Source: an uncultured Gammaproteobacteria bacterium
GTDB taxonomy: Bacteria > Pseudomonadota > Gammaproteobacteria > DRLM01
Length of the DNA stretch: 64,000 nt
Direction: 5' to 3'
NCBI GenBank assembly: GCA_947259075.1
Contig: CAMYKQ010000038.1
Coordinates: 18,750 to 82,749, forward strand
The notes beneath the pieces were generated by a model. It was not told the origin of the DNA and ran no database searches. It was given only the letters and a program-made list of their open reading frames with translations. Every line of letters begins with the position of its first letter. The first letter of the stretch is position 1. Positions 19,884 to 30,881 of the stretch are shown piece by piece. The translations under genes and the position numbers were made by a program.

Positions 19884-21233
19884 ATGGAGCAGGAAAAACC
19901 TGAAAAGACCTCGGAGGCGCCTTTAGAGAAAGTCTTCGGCCGCATCATCAGTCCGTTCGAAGAGTTTATTCATAAGGAGACCACGAGCGGCATCTTGCTG
20001 ATGATTTGCGCCATCGCCGCGCTGATTATGGCCAATACGGCCTTGCAGCACAGCTATGAACATGTTCTGCACTTGCCGCTGTCGTTTGCCATCGGTGATT
20101 GGGTGTTGGAAAAGACCCTGCATCATTGGATCAATGACGGTTTGATGGCCTTGTTCTTTTTTGTCGTCGGTTTGGAAATTAAGCGCGAAATTTTAGTGGG
20201 GGAGCTGGCGGATATTCGCCAGGCGAGCTTGCCCATCATGGCGGCGATCGGCGGCATGGTGGTGCCCGCCGGCTTCTATGTCGCGATTAACCTTGGTGAG
20301 CCCTCCATCTCCGGCTGGGGCATACCCATGGCGACGGATATCGCCTTCGCCGTCGGTGCCATGGTGCTCTTGGGCAAGCGCGTGCCCAAGACCCTGCTCA
20401 CCTTTCTAGTGGCCTTGGCCATCGTCGATGACTTGGGCGGCGTCTTGGTCATTGCCTTGTTCTACACCGAGCAGATTCACTTCAACTTTTTGGGCATGGC
20501 CGCGTTTTTATTTCTGGTGCTGGTGGGCTGTAACTTGGCCGGAATACGCAATCCCGCGGTCTATCTTGTCTTCGGCTTATTGCTGTGGCTGGCGATGTTG
20601 AAATCCGGTGTTCACGCGACGCTGGCGGGCGTGCTGACGGCATTAACCATTCCAGCGCGCTCTAAATATGAACCGCTCCAATTCAGCCGCAAAGTGCGCG
20701 CCTTGCTGGACCGTTTTGATGCCAGCCACAAACCAGGGCGCGGAATTTTGCGGAATGCGGAGCAGCACTCGATACTGCAAACCTTGGAGAACGGTGTTCA
20801 CTTGGTGGAGACGCCTTTGCAGCGCCTGGAACGTGGCATGCATTTGCCCGTGGCATTTCTCATCATCCCCATCTTCGCCCTGGCCAATGCCGGCATTCCC
20901 TTGGAGCTGAGTTCCTTGGGTGAAGTCTTCTCGCATCCCGTTACCGCTGGCGTCATGGCCGGTTTGATCGCGGGTAAGTTTATCGGCATCAGTCTGTTCT
21001 CCTGGCTGGCGATCAAGTCCGGCATCAGCCGCTTGCCGCAGGGTGTGCGCTTTAGCCAGATCGGCGGTGTGGCCTTGCTGGCGGGTATCGGTTTTACCAT
21101 GTCGATCTTCATCGCCGAATTGGCCTTCAGCCAAGAGCCGCAGCAATTGCTGCTGGCCAAAACCGGCATCCTCTTCGCCTCCTTGATTGCCGGCGTCGGC
21201 GGTTATATCTGGTTGCGTTTAGTGTCGCGGTAA
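19884..21233 (+). CDS. nhaA: Na+/H+ antiporter NhaA (long-loop variant)
   Basis: WINDGLMALFF, GLEIKRE, ATDIAFA, AIVDDLG, SGVHAT, GIGFTMS. Confidence 0.95.
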   Translation: MEQEKPEKTSEAPLEKVFGRIISPFEEFIHKETTSGILLMICAIAALIMANTALQHSYEHVLHLPLSFAIGDWVLEKTLHHWINDGLMALFFFVVGLEIKREILVGELADIRQASLPIMAAIGGMVVPAGFYVAINLGEPSISGWGIPMATDIAFAVGAMVLLGKRVPKTLLTFLVALAIVDDLGGVLVIALFYTEQIHFNFLGMAAFLFLVLVGCNLAGIRNPAVYLVFGLLLWLAMLKSGVHATLAGVLTALTIPARSKYEPLQFSRKVRALLDRFDASHKPGRGILRNAEQHSILQTLENGVHLVETPLQRLERGMHLPVAFLIIPIFALANAGIPLELSSLGEVFSHPVTAGVMAGLIAGKFIGISLFSWLAIKSGISRLPQGVRFSQIGGVALLAGIGFTMSIFIAELAFSQEPQQLLLAKTGILFASLIAGVGGYIWLRLVSR

Positions 21234-21333
21234 CAGATGGGTTTTGAAAAATCTAAGTGGTCATTTGCGCGGCGCGTGGCCCCGTGTGGTATGGGGCCGT
21301 GTTTGGAGCGCGAGGTTTGATTTTCACGGCCGT

Positions 21334-21675
21334 TTAGGCTTTTTTGACAAATTCCGATTTTAACTTCATGGCGCCAATGCCGTCGATTTTGCAATCAATG
21401 TCGTGATCGCCGTCCACGAGGCGAATGTTTTTCACCTTCGTTCCCACCTTCACCACGGATGATGAGCCTTTGATCTTCAGGTCTTTGATGACGGTGATGG
21501 TATCGCCGTCGGCGAGCACATTGCCGTAGGCGTCTTTGAAAACGCGCGTAGTCTCGCCGCTCTTGGCCGCCGCGTCTTTTGCCCATTCGTGGGCGCATTC
21601 AGGGCAGATGTATAGTTCGCCGTCTTCGTAACTGAACGCCGAGCCGCAGGCCGGGCAGTTGGGTAAATCGCTCAT
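21334..21675 (-). CDS. PhnA/YjdM zinc-ribbon protein
   Basis: [37 protein letters not shown]. Confidence 0.92.
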   Translation of the reverse strand: MSDLPNCPACGSAFSYEDGELYICPECAHEWAKDAAAKSGETTRVFKDAYGNVLADGDTITVIKDLKIKGSSSVVKVGTKVKNIRLVDGDHDIDCKIDGIGAMKLKSEFVKKA

Positions 21676-22024
21676 TCTCTATCCTATATCCGAGTTGCTT
21701 GGCTTGGTGTAATGCGTGATGACGCATAATGCAGCGCACACGCTACCATATATTTACCCGCTTGATGAATCCCTCCCATGCCCAGTTTCGTTTGTCGCCT
21801 AGGGCGCCAGTCATCGTCAGCCACGGCCCGCCAAACTCAGGCTCAAGTAACGGCGGTTTTTGCCGCTGTAGGCAAGGACACGGCGGCTTATCTCGTCGAA
21901 GGATAGCCGTATGACTGCCGAAATATGAGGGCGGGACGGTCGGCGCGCCAAGCTTATACCGGTCAAGTAATAGACGGCAACGATAACTGGCGCGGAAGGT
22001 TTAAAGATAAGTATCAGGGAATTG

Positions 22025-23941
22025 ATGATGCGGACGAGCCTGAAAAACAAGATCATGATTCCAGCCTTGGTGGTGGTCGTCGTAGGCTTGGGGGTGCTGT
22101 CGCTGGCATCGTACCGCAGTAGCAGCGAGGCCTTGTCGGCGACGATCACCGCGCAAGTGGAACAAATCGCCGAGAACCGCCGCCGTTTCATGGGCGCATG
22201 GCTCGCCGACCGCGAGCTCGATGTGAAGACCTGGAGTAATCAGCAGGTCTACCAAACCGCGGTGCAGGACAGCTTTATGGGCAAGGCCGCGCGCGCGGCG
22301 GCGAGCAATGAACTTAGCAAATTAAGGAATGAATACGGTTACTATGAATCGGTAAGCCTCGCGCTTGCCAGCGGCGAGGTCGTTGCCAGTTCGGAGCCGG
22401 CCGAGATCGGCACCGCCAATCCCCTCATGCGGGATGCGGCCACCCAAGCCGGAAACGGGCAAGTATATGTGTCCGACATATTCAAGAGCCCCAAGACCGG
22501 TAAGCCGGTTTTCGTGATCGCGGCGCCGATACGCGAGGGCGAGCGGATGGCCGGCACCCTCATCGCGGAATTGAATTTTGAGTATCTCGCGGAACAGTAC
22601 ATTTTGAGCGTCAAGGTGGGCGAATCGGGTTATGCCTATGCCGTGAACCGCCAGGGCCTGGTCGTCGCCCACCGGGAGCGGAACAAAGTCTTGACTGAAA
22701 ATCTGGCGCAGTACCCAGCCGGTAAAGCCATTTTGGCCGAAAAGAACGGTCTGCTTACCTATACCCGTGATGGCAAAGAAAACATCGAGGCCTTCCGCAC
22801 GCTGCAAGACGTGGGCTGGACTGTTGCGGTGGGTTCCGGCACTGAGGAATTATTGGCGCCGGCGCGGCGCATGGGCTATATCAATCTGGGCATTGCCGTC
22901 GTGGTGCTGCTCGCGGCGGCGGGCATCCTGGCGTGGATCGCGCAACAACTGGCGCAGCCGATTAAACACATCGCCAATCAATTGCGCGACATCGCCGAGG
23001 GTGATGGCGATCTGACCGTCACCCTCGATGCGCGCGGCGCCGACGAGGTCATTGAATTGGCGCAGGGCTTCAATAAGTTCGTCGCCAAGATCGCGGAGCT
23101 GGTGCGAGAAGCGAAGCAGACTACCGTGCAGCTCGCAGCTACAGCGGATGCGCTTTCATCCAGCACCGAACGGATCTCGGTAAATAACGGGAGCGTGGCG
23201 CGTGAATCACAAACCATGGCCGCGGCATCGATCGAGATGAGCGATACCGTGCAGGAGGTGGCGCGCAATGCGGCGCATGCCAATGAAGCATCGGAGCGCG
23301 CCAGCGTTGTGGCGCAGGACGGCTCGCGCGTGATCTCCGAGGCCTTGTCCGCGCTGCGGGAGATTGCCAGTCAAATGAAGGAGACGGGTAACAGCGTCAA
23401 GGCGCTTGAAGACAGTTTTCGCAGCATAGGCCAGGTGGTGGGGATTATCGAAGGTATTGCCGACCAAACGAATCTGCTCGCGCTCAATGCGGCGATTGAA
23501 GCGGCGCGTGCCGGTGAGTCCGGCCGGGGCTTTGCCGTGGTAGCGGATGAGGTGCGTAACCTGGCGGGAAAGACCGTCGAGGCGACCAAGGAAATCGCCC
23601 ATACCATCGATGTGACTCGCGGTCAGACCGAGCGCGCCGCCGCGGCGGCGCGGCAGGGCGAAACCTCGGTGACTAAAGGCGCGGAGCTCGGCCGCAAGGC
23701 GGAAGATGCAATCAGCGCGATCAGTTCGGAGGTGCAGGTCACGGCCAGTCAGATCAGTCAAATCGCCACGGCCACGGAACAATTGCGCATCGCCATTTTC
23801 GAAGTGGCCAATAACGCTGAGCATATCGCCGAGGGCATTAACAAAACCAAGGATGCCGTGGAGGGTATTTCCTCCACGGCAATCACCGTGGCAAACCGCG
23901 CCGATGAGTTGAGAACACTCACGGCACGCTTTAAGACATAG
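22025..23941 (+). CDS. methyl-accepting chemotaxis protein with dCache sensor and HAMP
   Basis: Two TM helices, dCache motifs (YVSD..KSPKTG, GYAYAV), [38 protein letters not shown]. Confidence 0.95.
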   Translation: MMRTSLKNKIMIPALVVVVVGLGVLSLASYRSSSEALSATITAQVEQIAENRRRFMGAWLADRELDVKTWSNQQVYQTAVQDSFMGKAARAAASNELSKLRNEYGYYESVSLALASGEVVASSEPAEIGTANPLMRDAATQAGNGQVYVSDIFKSPKTGKPVFVIAAPIREGERMAGTLIAELNFEYLAEQYILSVKVGESGYAYAVNRQGLVVAHRERNKVLTENLAQYPAGKAILAEKNGLLTYTRDGKENIEAFRTLQDVGWTVAVGSGTEELLAPARRMGYINLGIAVVVLLAAAGILAWIAQQLAQPIKHIANQLRDIAEGDGDLTVTLDARGADEVIELAQGFNKFVAKIAELVREAKQTTVQLAATADALSSSTERISVNNGSVARESQTMAAASIEMSDTVQEVARNAAHANEASERASVVAQDGSRVISEALSALREIASQMKETGNSVKALEDSFRSIGQVVGIIEGIADQTNLLALNAAIEAARAGESGRGFAVVADEVRNLAGKTVEATKEIAHTIDVTRGQTERAAAAARQGETSVTKGAELGRKAEDAISAISSEVQVTASQISQIATATEQLRIAIFEVANNAEHIAEGINKTKDAVEGISSTAITVANRADELRTLTARFKT

Positions 23942-24021
23942 GCGCTGACACGGCGGTAACGATGGTGTCGAGGGTGTCTCGTCCGTTCTCAGGTCAACAT
24001 CACTTGTAAGGAGGAAGCTAA

Positions 24022-24984
24022 ATGCGTAAGACGGTCGCTCTCATGGGCGCGCTTTTGTTGGCGGCCTTGCCCGCGATAGGCGCATTCGCCGCCGGCGTTC
24101 AAGGAAAGAAAGTACTTTATGTCGACTCATATCACGTAGGTTATGAATGGAGTGATGGCATCACGCGCGGTGTCCAAGATGGTTTGAAAGGTGCCGGCGT
24201 CGATATCAAGATCGTGCGCATGGATACCAAGCGCAACAAGGACGAGGCCTTCAAGGCGCAAGCCGGCGATAAGGTCAAAGCCATCATCGAAGAGTATAAG
24301 CCCGATGTGGTCATCCTCTCCGACGATAACGCCGTCAAATATGTGCTGGCGAAACATTACAAGGATGCCGCCTTGCCCTTCGTGTTTTGCGGCCTGAATT
24401 GGGATGCGTCTATTTATAATCTCCCCTACAAGAATACAACCGGCATGATCGAGGTCAGTTCTATAGGTGAGTTGGTGAAGATGCTGGAGAAGTTTGGCAA
24501 AGGCAACCGCATTGGCGTGTTGACTGAGGACACGGAGACCGAGCATAAAGAGACCAGCTATTACAAGAATCGCCTGGGCCTGAATTTGGTCGAGGTGTAC
24601 GCGGCCGACTTCGCCGATTGGAAAAAGAAATACAGCGAGATCCAGGATAAGGTCGATGTGCTGGTGCTGGGGAATACCGCGAGCATGACCGATTGGAACG
24701 AACAGGAGGCCAACCAATATGCCTTGGCTCATGCCAAGGTGCCCAGCGGCGCTTTGCAGGAAGGCCCGATGCCGCGCGCGATGGTAGGTTATCTCAAGGT
24801 AGCCGAGGAACAAGGGCAATGGTCCGCCGAGCAGGCATTGCGTATCTTGGCTGGCACCGCGCCCGCGAGCATCAAGGTCACCGAGAACAAGGAGGGTAAG
24901 CTCAAGGTCAATATAAAAATGACGGAGAAACTGGGTATTCTTTTGCCCTTCGAGCTGCTGCAGGGCGCGGAGATCATCAAATAA
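24022..24984 (+). CDS. periplasmic ABC-type substrate-binding protein (ABC_sub_bind-like), stand-alone
   Basis: Signal peptide, KVLYVDSYH, MDTKR, PDVVILSDDNA, PFVFCGLN. AGGAGG RBS. Confidence 0.8.
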   Translation: MRKTVALMGALLLAALPAIGAFAAGVQGKKVLYVDSYHVGYEWSDGITRGVQDGLKGAGVDIKIVRMDTKRNKDEAFKAQAGDKVKAIIEEYKPDVVILSDDNAVKYVLAKHYKDAALPFVFCGLNWDASIYNLPYKNTTGMIEVSSIGELVKMLEKFGKGNRIGVLTEDTETEHKETSYYKNRLGLNLVEVYAADFADWKKKYSEIQDKVDVLVLGNTASMTDWNEQEANQYALAHAKVPSGALQEGPMPRAMVGYLKVAEEQGQWSAEQALRILAGTAPASIKVTENKEGKLKVNIKMTEKLGILLPFELLQGAEIIK

Positions 24985-25045
24985 TTTTGCCGTCATGAGC
25001 GCAGGCCGTGATGCCGCCCAGCCGCAGCGCTAAGCGCGTATTAGT

Positions 25046-25080
25046 ATTTTAGGGCGCCTCCTTCGGCGCCCTAAAATTTT
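25046..25080 (+). terminator. terminator-like hairpin after the binding-protein gene
   Basis: 13-bp inverted repeat ATTTTAGGGCGCC / GGCGCCCTAAAAT with a 6-nt loop and short T run. Confidence 0.6.
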
Positions 25081-25123
25081 GCGTGGAACACGGCCGCTGG
25101 ATCAGGGCGCGGTTTATTCGAAA

Positions 25124-25200
25124 TACCCCGCGGCTTGCCGCAGGGACGTTGGCGATGGGGTTTCCAAAGGGGAGCGGCGCAGCGCTCCCCTTTGGTCGCC
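25124..25200. repeat. REP-like / IS200-IS605-end-like palindromes
   Basis: CCCCGCGGC-TT-GCCGCAGGG, plus a perfect 13-bp stem CCAAAGGGGAGCG / CGCTCCCCTTTGG (25164-25195). Confidence 0.45.
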
Positions 25201-25505
25201 CGCGAGGATCCATGCCTCACGGGCGACCTAATTTGACTACGCGATCCGCGTGCAGCGCCGTCTGCAATCGCTGGGGCCGGATTGAGCCCTTGCAGCGCGG
25301 CGCGGTGTTTCTTCACCTCTCTAAAAATCGGGTATCCGGGCTGGCGCGGGATTGCGGCGCCGGTCCGCGGCGGCTTGCCCGCGTGTATGCCCGCCACCTT
25401 TTCTCCATTGTTCCCTTTCTTCAGTCCGGCGCGGGACGTTATCATAGCGGCTGCGGTTTGGTCTTATAGGCCGGCCGCCTTGCCTATTAGAAAGAAAGTG
25501 GTGGT

Positions 25506-26753
25506 ATGGATCATTTTAATTATCGCGAGGGCCGCTTGTATGCCGAAGGCGTGTCCATGAACGACATCGCCGCGCGCTACGGCACGCCGTGTTACGTGTA
25601 TTCCCGCGCCACCATTGAGCGCCACTGGCACGCCTTTGACGCCGCCTTGGCTGGGGTCGAGCATTTGGTGTGTTATGCGGTGAAGGCGAATTCAAATCTC
25701 GGCGTGCTGAATGTGCTGGCGCGGCTGGGTTCCGGTTTCGACATCGTCTCGGCGGGTGAGCTGGAGCGGGTGCTGCGCGCCGGAGGCGAGCCGGGCAAGA
25801 TCGTGTTTTCCGGCGTGGGTAAGCGCGCCGATGAATTACGCCGCGCGCTGGAGGCGGGCATCCACTGTTTTAACGTGGAATCAGAGGCGGAGCTGGAACG
25901 GCTCAATACGGTGGCGGGAGAGATGCGGCGGCGCGCGCCCGTGTCGCTGCGCGTGAACCCCGATGTCGATGCGCAGACGCATCCTTATATTTCCACCGGC
26001 TTGAAGGAAAATAAATTCGGCATCGACATCGCCCAAGCCCCGGCTATTTACGCGCGCGCCGCGCGTATGCCGCATATCGAGATCGTGGGAGTGGACTGCC
26101 ATATCGGTTCGCAGCTCACTCAGGTCGCGCCCTTCGTCGCCGCCTTGGAACGGGTGCTGGCTTTAGTTGATGAGCTCGCGGCGCAAGGCATTGCCATTAA
26201 GCATCTCGATGTCGGCGGCGGCTTGGGTATCACCTACCGCGATGAGACTCCGCCCAGTCCGGCGGCGTATGCGGGCGCTTTACTTGATCGCCTGCGCCCG
26301 CGGGGTTTGAAACTGCTGATGGAACCGGGCCGCGCCATCGTCGGCAACGCCGGGCTGTTGCTCACCCGCGTCGAATATCTCAAGCACACGCCCCATAAAA
26401 ATTTCGCCATCGTCGATGCGGCCATGAATGATTTGCTGCGTCCCGCGCTCTACGGCGCCTGGCAGGAGATCGTGCCGCTGTTGCCGCGCGCGGGCGCGGC
26501 GCGGCAGTACGATGTGGTGGGTCCGGTGTGCGAGACCGGCGATTTTCTCGGCAAGGATCGCGCGCTGTGCATCGAACCTGGTGATCTGCTGGCGGTGCGC
26601 TCGGCGGGGGCTTACGGTTTCAGTATGAGTTCCACCTATAATTCGCGGCCACGCGTGGCGGAGCTGATGGTGGATGGCGATCAAGTCTTCGTGGTGCGGG
26701 CGCGGGAGACCGTCGAGGAGTTGATGGCGGGGGAGCGTGTGCTGCCTCAATGA
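25506..26753 (+). CDS. lysA: diaminopimelate decarboxylase
   Basis: YAVKAN (PLP Lys), HIGSQ, DVGGG, EPGR, GPVCETGD. Confidence 0.97.
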   Translation: MDHFNYREGRLYAEGVSMNDIAARYGTPCYVYSRATIERHWHAFDAALAGVEHLVCYAVKANSNLGVLNVLARLGSGFDIVSAGELERVLRAGGEPGKIVFSGVGKRADELRRALEAGIHCFNVESEAELERLNTVAGEMRRRAPVSLRVNPDVDAQTHPYISTGLKENKFGIDIAQAPAIYARAARMPHIEIVGVDCHIGSQLTQVAPFVAALERVLALVDELAAQGIAIKHLDVGGGLGITYRDETPPSPAAYAGALLDRLRPRGLKLLMEPGRAIVGNAGLLLTRVEYLKHTPHKNFAIVDAAMNDLLRPALYGAWQEIVPLLPRAGAARQYDVVGPVCETGDFLGKDRALCIEPGDLLAVRSAGAYGFSMSSTYNSRPRVAELMVDGDQVFVVRARETVEELMAGERVLPQ

Positions 26754-26989
26754 GGCGCACGCTGTCCGCGCGCGCTGATCTTGCCGCCTTGCCATCTTCG
26801 AGTGGGGCAAGATCGGTGTCGCTGCCTGGGTGAGAGGGAAATCCAGATTATTTTTTAAAGCCGAAGCGCGGCGGCTATTTCCCGTCTTTTTGAGCAGTGG
26901 GCGCATAACGCCGGCGTGCCGGCACAAGGCGGGTGGTTTTTGATGACACGGTGCATAAGCGAGCGTGTTCGCACAGCGGGGGAGCGGTG

Positions 26990-27655
26990 ATGCAACGGGA
27001 GCCGGAGGCGGAGTTGATGAACGGCGCGGCGCAGGCCGCCGCGTACGCGCATGCGGATTTTGCCGAGGCGCATTCCCGTTTCATCACGCTTTTTCAAGAG
27101 GACTTTCCCGCGGAAGAGATCAGCGGCACGGTGCTGGATTTAGGCTGCGGCCCCGCCGATATTTCCGTGCGGTTCGCCCGCGCCTATCCGCGTTGCGTGG
27201 TGCATGGCGTGGACGGCGCGGCGGCGATGCTGGCGCACGGCCGCGCGCGTTTGCAGCACGAGGGTTTCGAGCGGCGGGTGCGTTTGTTTCACGGCTATTT
27301 GCCGGGCGCTGAATTGCCGCTCGATCTTTACGACGCGGTGATCAGCAACAGTCTGTTGCATCATCTGCATGATCCCGCCGTTATGTGGGCGGCGGTGCGC
27401 GATTACGCTAAGCCCGGCGCGCCAATCCTGGTGATGGACCTGCTGCGCCCGGACAGTCACGCGGCGGCGCAGGCCTTGGTGGATCACTATGCCGCCGCTG
27501 AGCCGGAAATCTTGCAGTATGATTTTTTTCATTCGCTGCTGGCGGCCTATGAAATTGGCGAGGTGCGGCAGCAGTTGCGGGACGCGGGTTTGACGAAGCT
27601 GCGAGTGCGCCAGGTTTCCGATCGTCATTTCTGCGTGAGCGGGCGCGCCGCTTGA
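26990..27655 (+). CDS. class I SAM-dependent methyltransferase
   Basis: REPEAELM..YAHADF, VLDLGCGPAD, SNSLLHHL. Confidence 0.88.
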   Translation: MQREPEAELMNGAAQAAAYAHADFAEAHSRFITLFQEDFPAEEISGTVLDLGCGPADISVRFARAYPRCVVHGVDGAAAMLAHGRARLQHEGFERRVRLFHGYLPGAELPLDLYDAVISNSLLHHLHDPAVMWAAVRDYAKPGAPILVMDLLRPDSHAAAQALVDHYAAAEPEILQYDFFHSLLAAYEIGEVRQQLRDAGLTKLRVRQVSDRHFCVSGRAA

Positions 27656-27714
27656 GGCTGATGCGCGCGGCCCCGTTTTATCAAAACACTTTGGCGATAG
27701 TGGAGGGGCGCGCG

Positions 27715-28185
27715 CTATATTTCACCGGCGCCGGCGAAGTCGCGTTGCCGCCAGGCTTCATAAAGAATAATCGCCACCGCGTTGGAGAGATTCAGGCTGC
27801 GGTTGTTGGGCAGCATGGGAATGCGCAGGCGTTGCTCGGGAGGGACGGCGTTGATGAGCTCCATGGGCAGGCCGCGGGTTTCGGGGCCGAAGACTAAGGC
27901 GTCGCCCGCTGCGTAACGCGCGTCGCTGTAGCGGGTGCGGCCGCGGGTGGAGCAAGTGAATAGGCGTTGCGGTTGCGCTGCGAGAATGAAATCGTCGAAA
28001 CGTTCGTGTACTTGCATCCGCGCGAATTCGCGGTAATCCAAACCGGCGCGGCGCATGCGGCTGTCATCGAGCTCGAATCCCAGGGGGCGGATTAGATGCA
28101 GGGTGGCGCCGCTGTTGGCGCAGAGGCGGATGATGTTGCCGGTGTTGGGCGGTATTTCCGGTTGATAGAGTACGATGTGAAACAT
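27715..28185 (-). CDS. trmL: tRNA (cytidine/uridine-34-2'-O)-methyltransferase
   Basis: PEIPPNTGNIIRLCAN, RAGLDY, FGPETRGL, RSLNLSN. Confidence 0.95.
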   Translation of the reverse strand: MFHIVLYQPEIPPNTGNIIRLCANSGATLHLIRPLGFELDDSRMRRAGLDYREFARMQVHERFDDFILAAQPQRLFTCSTRGRTRYSDARYAAGDALVFGPETRGLPMELINAVPPEQRLRIPMLPNNRSLNLSNAVAIILYEAWRQRDFAGAGEI

Positions 28186-28357
28186 GGGCTCCATTATGAG
28201 CTAGCCGAGGCGATGAGGCACGGGAAAATAATTCATCGCGCCTGTTGGCGTGTTTGCCGCGGGGAATGACGGGCGCGGGATTTACCCCCAACTTTCGTGA
28301 TCGCGGCATTCGGCGCGTCCTTGCGCCGCACGCAAGCGCTAATAAATCAGCGCTTCC

Positions 28358-29782
28358 TCAATCGTCGTTTTCTTCGCCATCGCCGTCTCCCATGCCCAGT
28401 TCCTTGATCTTGCGGGTGAGGGTATTGCGGCCCCAGCCTAAGAGTTTGGCGGCGTCTTGGCGGCGGCCGCCGGTGTGTTTGAGCGCGGTGTCGATCATGA
28501 TACGTTCGAAGGCGGGCGTGGCGCTGTCGAGCAGTTTGCTGTCACCGGCATTCAGCCGTTGCTCGGCCCATTGTTTCAAACCGTCTTCCCAGCTTGCGCC
28601 GCCGGCGGCGCCCGGGGTGTGAGTTTTCAATTCGGGCGGTAAGTCTTCCACATGGATTTCACTGCCCGAGGCCATGACCGTGAGCCAGCGGCAGGTGTTT
28701 TCCAGTTGACGCACATTGCCGGGCCAGTCGAGGCGGCTTAAATAATCCGCCACCTCGGGGCGCAGGGTTTTCGCCTCCATGTCCAATTCCACCGCGGCGC
28801 GTTTGAGGAAGTGGCGGGTGAGTATCGCGATGTCTTCGCGCCGCTCACGCAGCGAGGGGATGTGGATGCGGATGACGTTGAGACGATGAAATAAGTCCTC
28901 GCGGAACAGGCCGGCTTGCACCCGCTCCTCAAGATTTTGATGGGTGGCGGCGATGATGCGCACGTCGACTTTGATCGGCGTTTGGCCGCCGACGCGATAG
29001 AACTCGCCGTCGGCGAGGACGCGCAGTAAACGGGTTTGGCACTCGGGCGGCATGTCGCCGATTTCGTCGAGAAACAGCGTGCCGCCGTCGGCCTGCTCGA
29101 AGCGGCCGCGGCGCGCGGCGGTGGCGCCGGTGAAGGCACCGCGTTCATGGCCGAACAGTTCCGATTCCAACAGGTCGCGGGGAATGGCCGCGGTGTTGAG
29201 GGCGATGAAGGGTTTGTCGGCGCGCGGGCTGTGACGGTGCAGGGCGTGGGCCACTAATTCCTTGCCGGTGCCCGACTCGCCGTTGATGAGTACGGTGATG
29301 TTGGAGCGCGACAGGCGACCGATGGCGCGAAACACTTCTTGCATCGCCGGGGCTTCGCCGATGATTTCGGTGGGCTTGCTGTCGGCGTCATTGGCGGGCG
29401 CGGTGCGGCGTTTGTGCTGGTTGATGGCGCGACGCGCCAAATCCACCGCGTCGTCGACGTCGAAGGGTTTGGGCATGTATTCGAAGGCGCCGCCTTGATA
29501 GGCGGAGACCGCGCTGTCCAAATCGGAATGGGCGGTCATGATGATGACCGGCAATTCGGGGTGGCGGTCGTGTATGGAATCGAGCAGCGCCAAGCCGTCC
29601 ATGCCCGGCATGCGGATGTCGGTGATGATGGCGTCGGGCGGGGTGCGGTCCAGCGCCTCCAGCACGCCGGCGGCGCTGTCGAAGGAGGTGACCTCCATGT
29701 CGGCTTGGCGCAGCGCTTTTTCCAAGACCCAGCGGATGGAGCGGTCGTCGTCGATGACAAAGATGTGATTACTGCTGTTCAT
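28358..29782 (-). CDS. glnG: nitrogen regulation response regulator NtrC
   Basis: REC domain, GESGTGKE, ESELFGHE.GAFTGA, C-terminal LGWGRNTLTRK. Confidence 0.96.
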   Translation of the reverse strand: MNSSNHIFVIDDDRSIRWVLEKALRQADMEVTSFDSAAGVLEALDRTPPDAIITDIRMPGMDGLALLDSIHDRHPELPVIIMTAHSDLDSAVSAYQGGAFEYMPKPFDVDDAVDLARRAINQHKRRTAPANDADSKPTEIIGEAPAMQEVFRAIGRLSRSNITVLINGESGTGKELVAHALHRHSPRADKPFIALNTAAIPRDLLESELFGHERGAFTGATAARRGRFEQADGGTLFLDEIGDMPPECQTRLLRVLADGEFYRVGGQTPIKVDVRIIAATHQNLEERVQAGLFREDLFHRLNVIRIHIPSLRERREDIAILTRHFLKRAAVELDMEAKTLRPEVADYLSRLDWPGNVRQLENTCRWLTVMASGSEIHVEDLPPELKTHTPGAAGGASWEDGLKQWAEQRLNAGDSKLLDSATPAFERIMIDTALKHTGGRRQDAAKLLGWGRNTLTRKIKELGMGDGDGEENDD

Positions 29783-30854
29783 GATGGGTCTCTAGCGGTA
29801 GAAAAATGGTGAAGGCGGTCTTGCCCGGCTGGCTGCTGCACTCGATCAGGCCGTGGTGTTGATTGACCAAGGCTTGAGCGATGGGCAGGCCCAGCCCGGT
29901 GCCATCGGCGCGGGTGGTGACCATGGGAAAGAAAATATTTTCCAGCATATCCGGCGCGATGCCGGGGCCGTTGTCGATGACGTCGATGCGTATGCTCAGT
30001 TTGTGCAGTTGATGCCCCAGCGTGACCTGGCGCACGGTACGGGTGCGCAGAATGATTTGACCCTCTTGCCCCACCGCCTGCAGCGCGTTGCGCACGATAT
30101 TGAGCAGCGCTTGGATGAGTTGATCGGGGTCGGCGCTGAACTCCGGGATGCTGGGGTCGTAGTCACGCACGATGCGCACCCCGGGCGGCGCCTCGGCGGC
30201 GGTGAGGGTGCGTACCCGTTCGATGACTTGATGGATATTGATGTTGCGCTGGTGTGGCAATGCGTTGGGGCCGAGCATGCGGTTGAGCAGGTTTTGCAGG
30301 CGGTCGGCCTCGCCGATGATGATGCCGGTGTATTCCTTGAGCGCCTCGTTGTGCAGTTCGCGTTCTAATAGTTGCGCCGCGCCGCGCAAGCCACCCAAGG
30401 GATTTTTGATCTCATGGGCGAGGCCGCGTACCAAGGCGCGGCTGGCTTGGTGCTGCGCCAGCAGGTTTTCCTCGCGCAGGATGCGGCGCTGGCGGTCCAC
30501 CCGCTGTAATTCCATGAGCAGTTCGCTGGGCTGGTGGGCCTCCTGCAAGGGGGTGACGGTGCAGTCGGCGGTGAGGTGGCGGCCGTTGGCCAGCATCAAG
30601 CTGACTTCCCGCTCGGTGAACGGATGGCCGGAACGCAGCGTTTGCAGGCAGGACCTCACCAGTTCGTGTTCGCCCGACAGTAAGTCTTTCAAGTTCACGC
30701 CCCGCACTTGCCGGGCGCTCGCCGCTAGCAGCACTTCGGCCGCGGGATTGAGGTAGGTCAGATTCAGCTGGCGGTCGAATAGCAGGACCGCCAAATTGAG
30801 ATTGTCCAAAATGCGTCGCGGAATATCCATTTCCTGGGCACTTAATTGCGTCAT
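29769..30854 (-). CDS. glnL: nitrogen regulation histidine kinase NtrB
   Basis: PAS, LAHEIKNPLGGLRGAAQLL, DYDPSIP, DNGPG, GTGLGL. Start could be 30830. Confidence 0.95.
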   Translation of the reverse strand: MTQLSAQEMDIPRRILDNLNLAVLLFDRQLNLTYLNPAAEVLLAASARQVRGVNLKDLLSGEHELVRSCLQTLRSGHPFTEREVSLMLANGRHLTADCTVTPLQEAHQPSELLMELQRVDRQRRILREENLLAQHQASRALVRGLAHEIKNPLGGLRGAAQLLERELHNEALKEYTGIIIGEADRLQNLLNRMLGPNALPHQRNINIHQVIERVRTLTAAEAPPGVRIVRDYDPSIPEFSADPDQLIQALLNIVRNALQAVGQEGQIILRTRTVRQVTLGHQLHKLSIRIDVIDNGPGIAPDMLENIFFPMVTTRADGTGLGLPIAQALVNQHHGLIECSSQPGKTAFTIFLPLETHHEQQ

Positions 30855-30865
30855 ACAAGACCTTT

Positions 30866-30881
30866 AGCAAGAACTAAACCA
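30866..30881 (-). promoter_or_regulatory. putative sigma54 promoter of glnL-glnG
   Basis: Minus strand TGGTTTAGTTCTTGCT = GG-N10-GC. Confidence 0.5.

Noticed and set aside
20650..20830. Extra hydrophilic loop in NhaA
   Set aside because: A known long-loop NhaA variant in many non-enteric bacteria; not novel.
25083..25469. 128-aa ORF upstream of lysA
   Set aside because: Runs through palindromic repeats, with no RBS or protein-like motifs.
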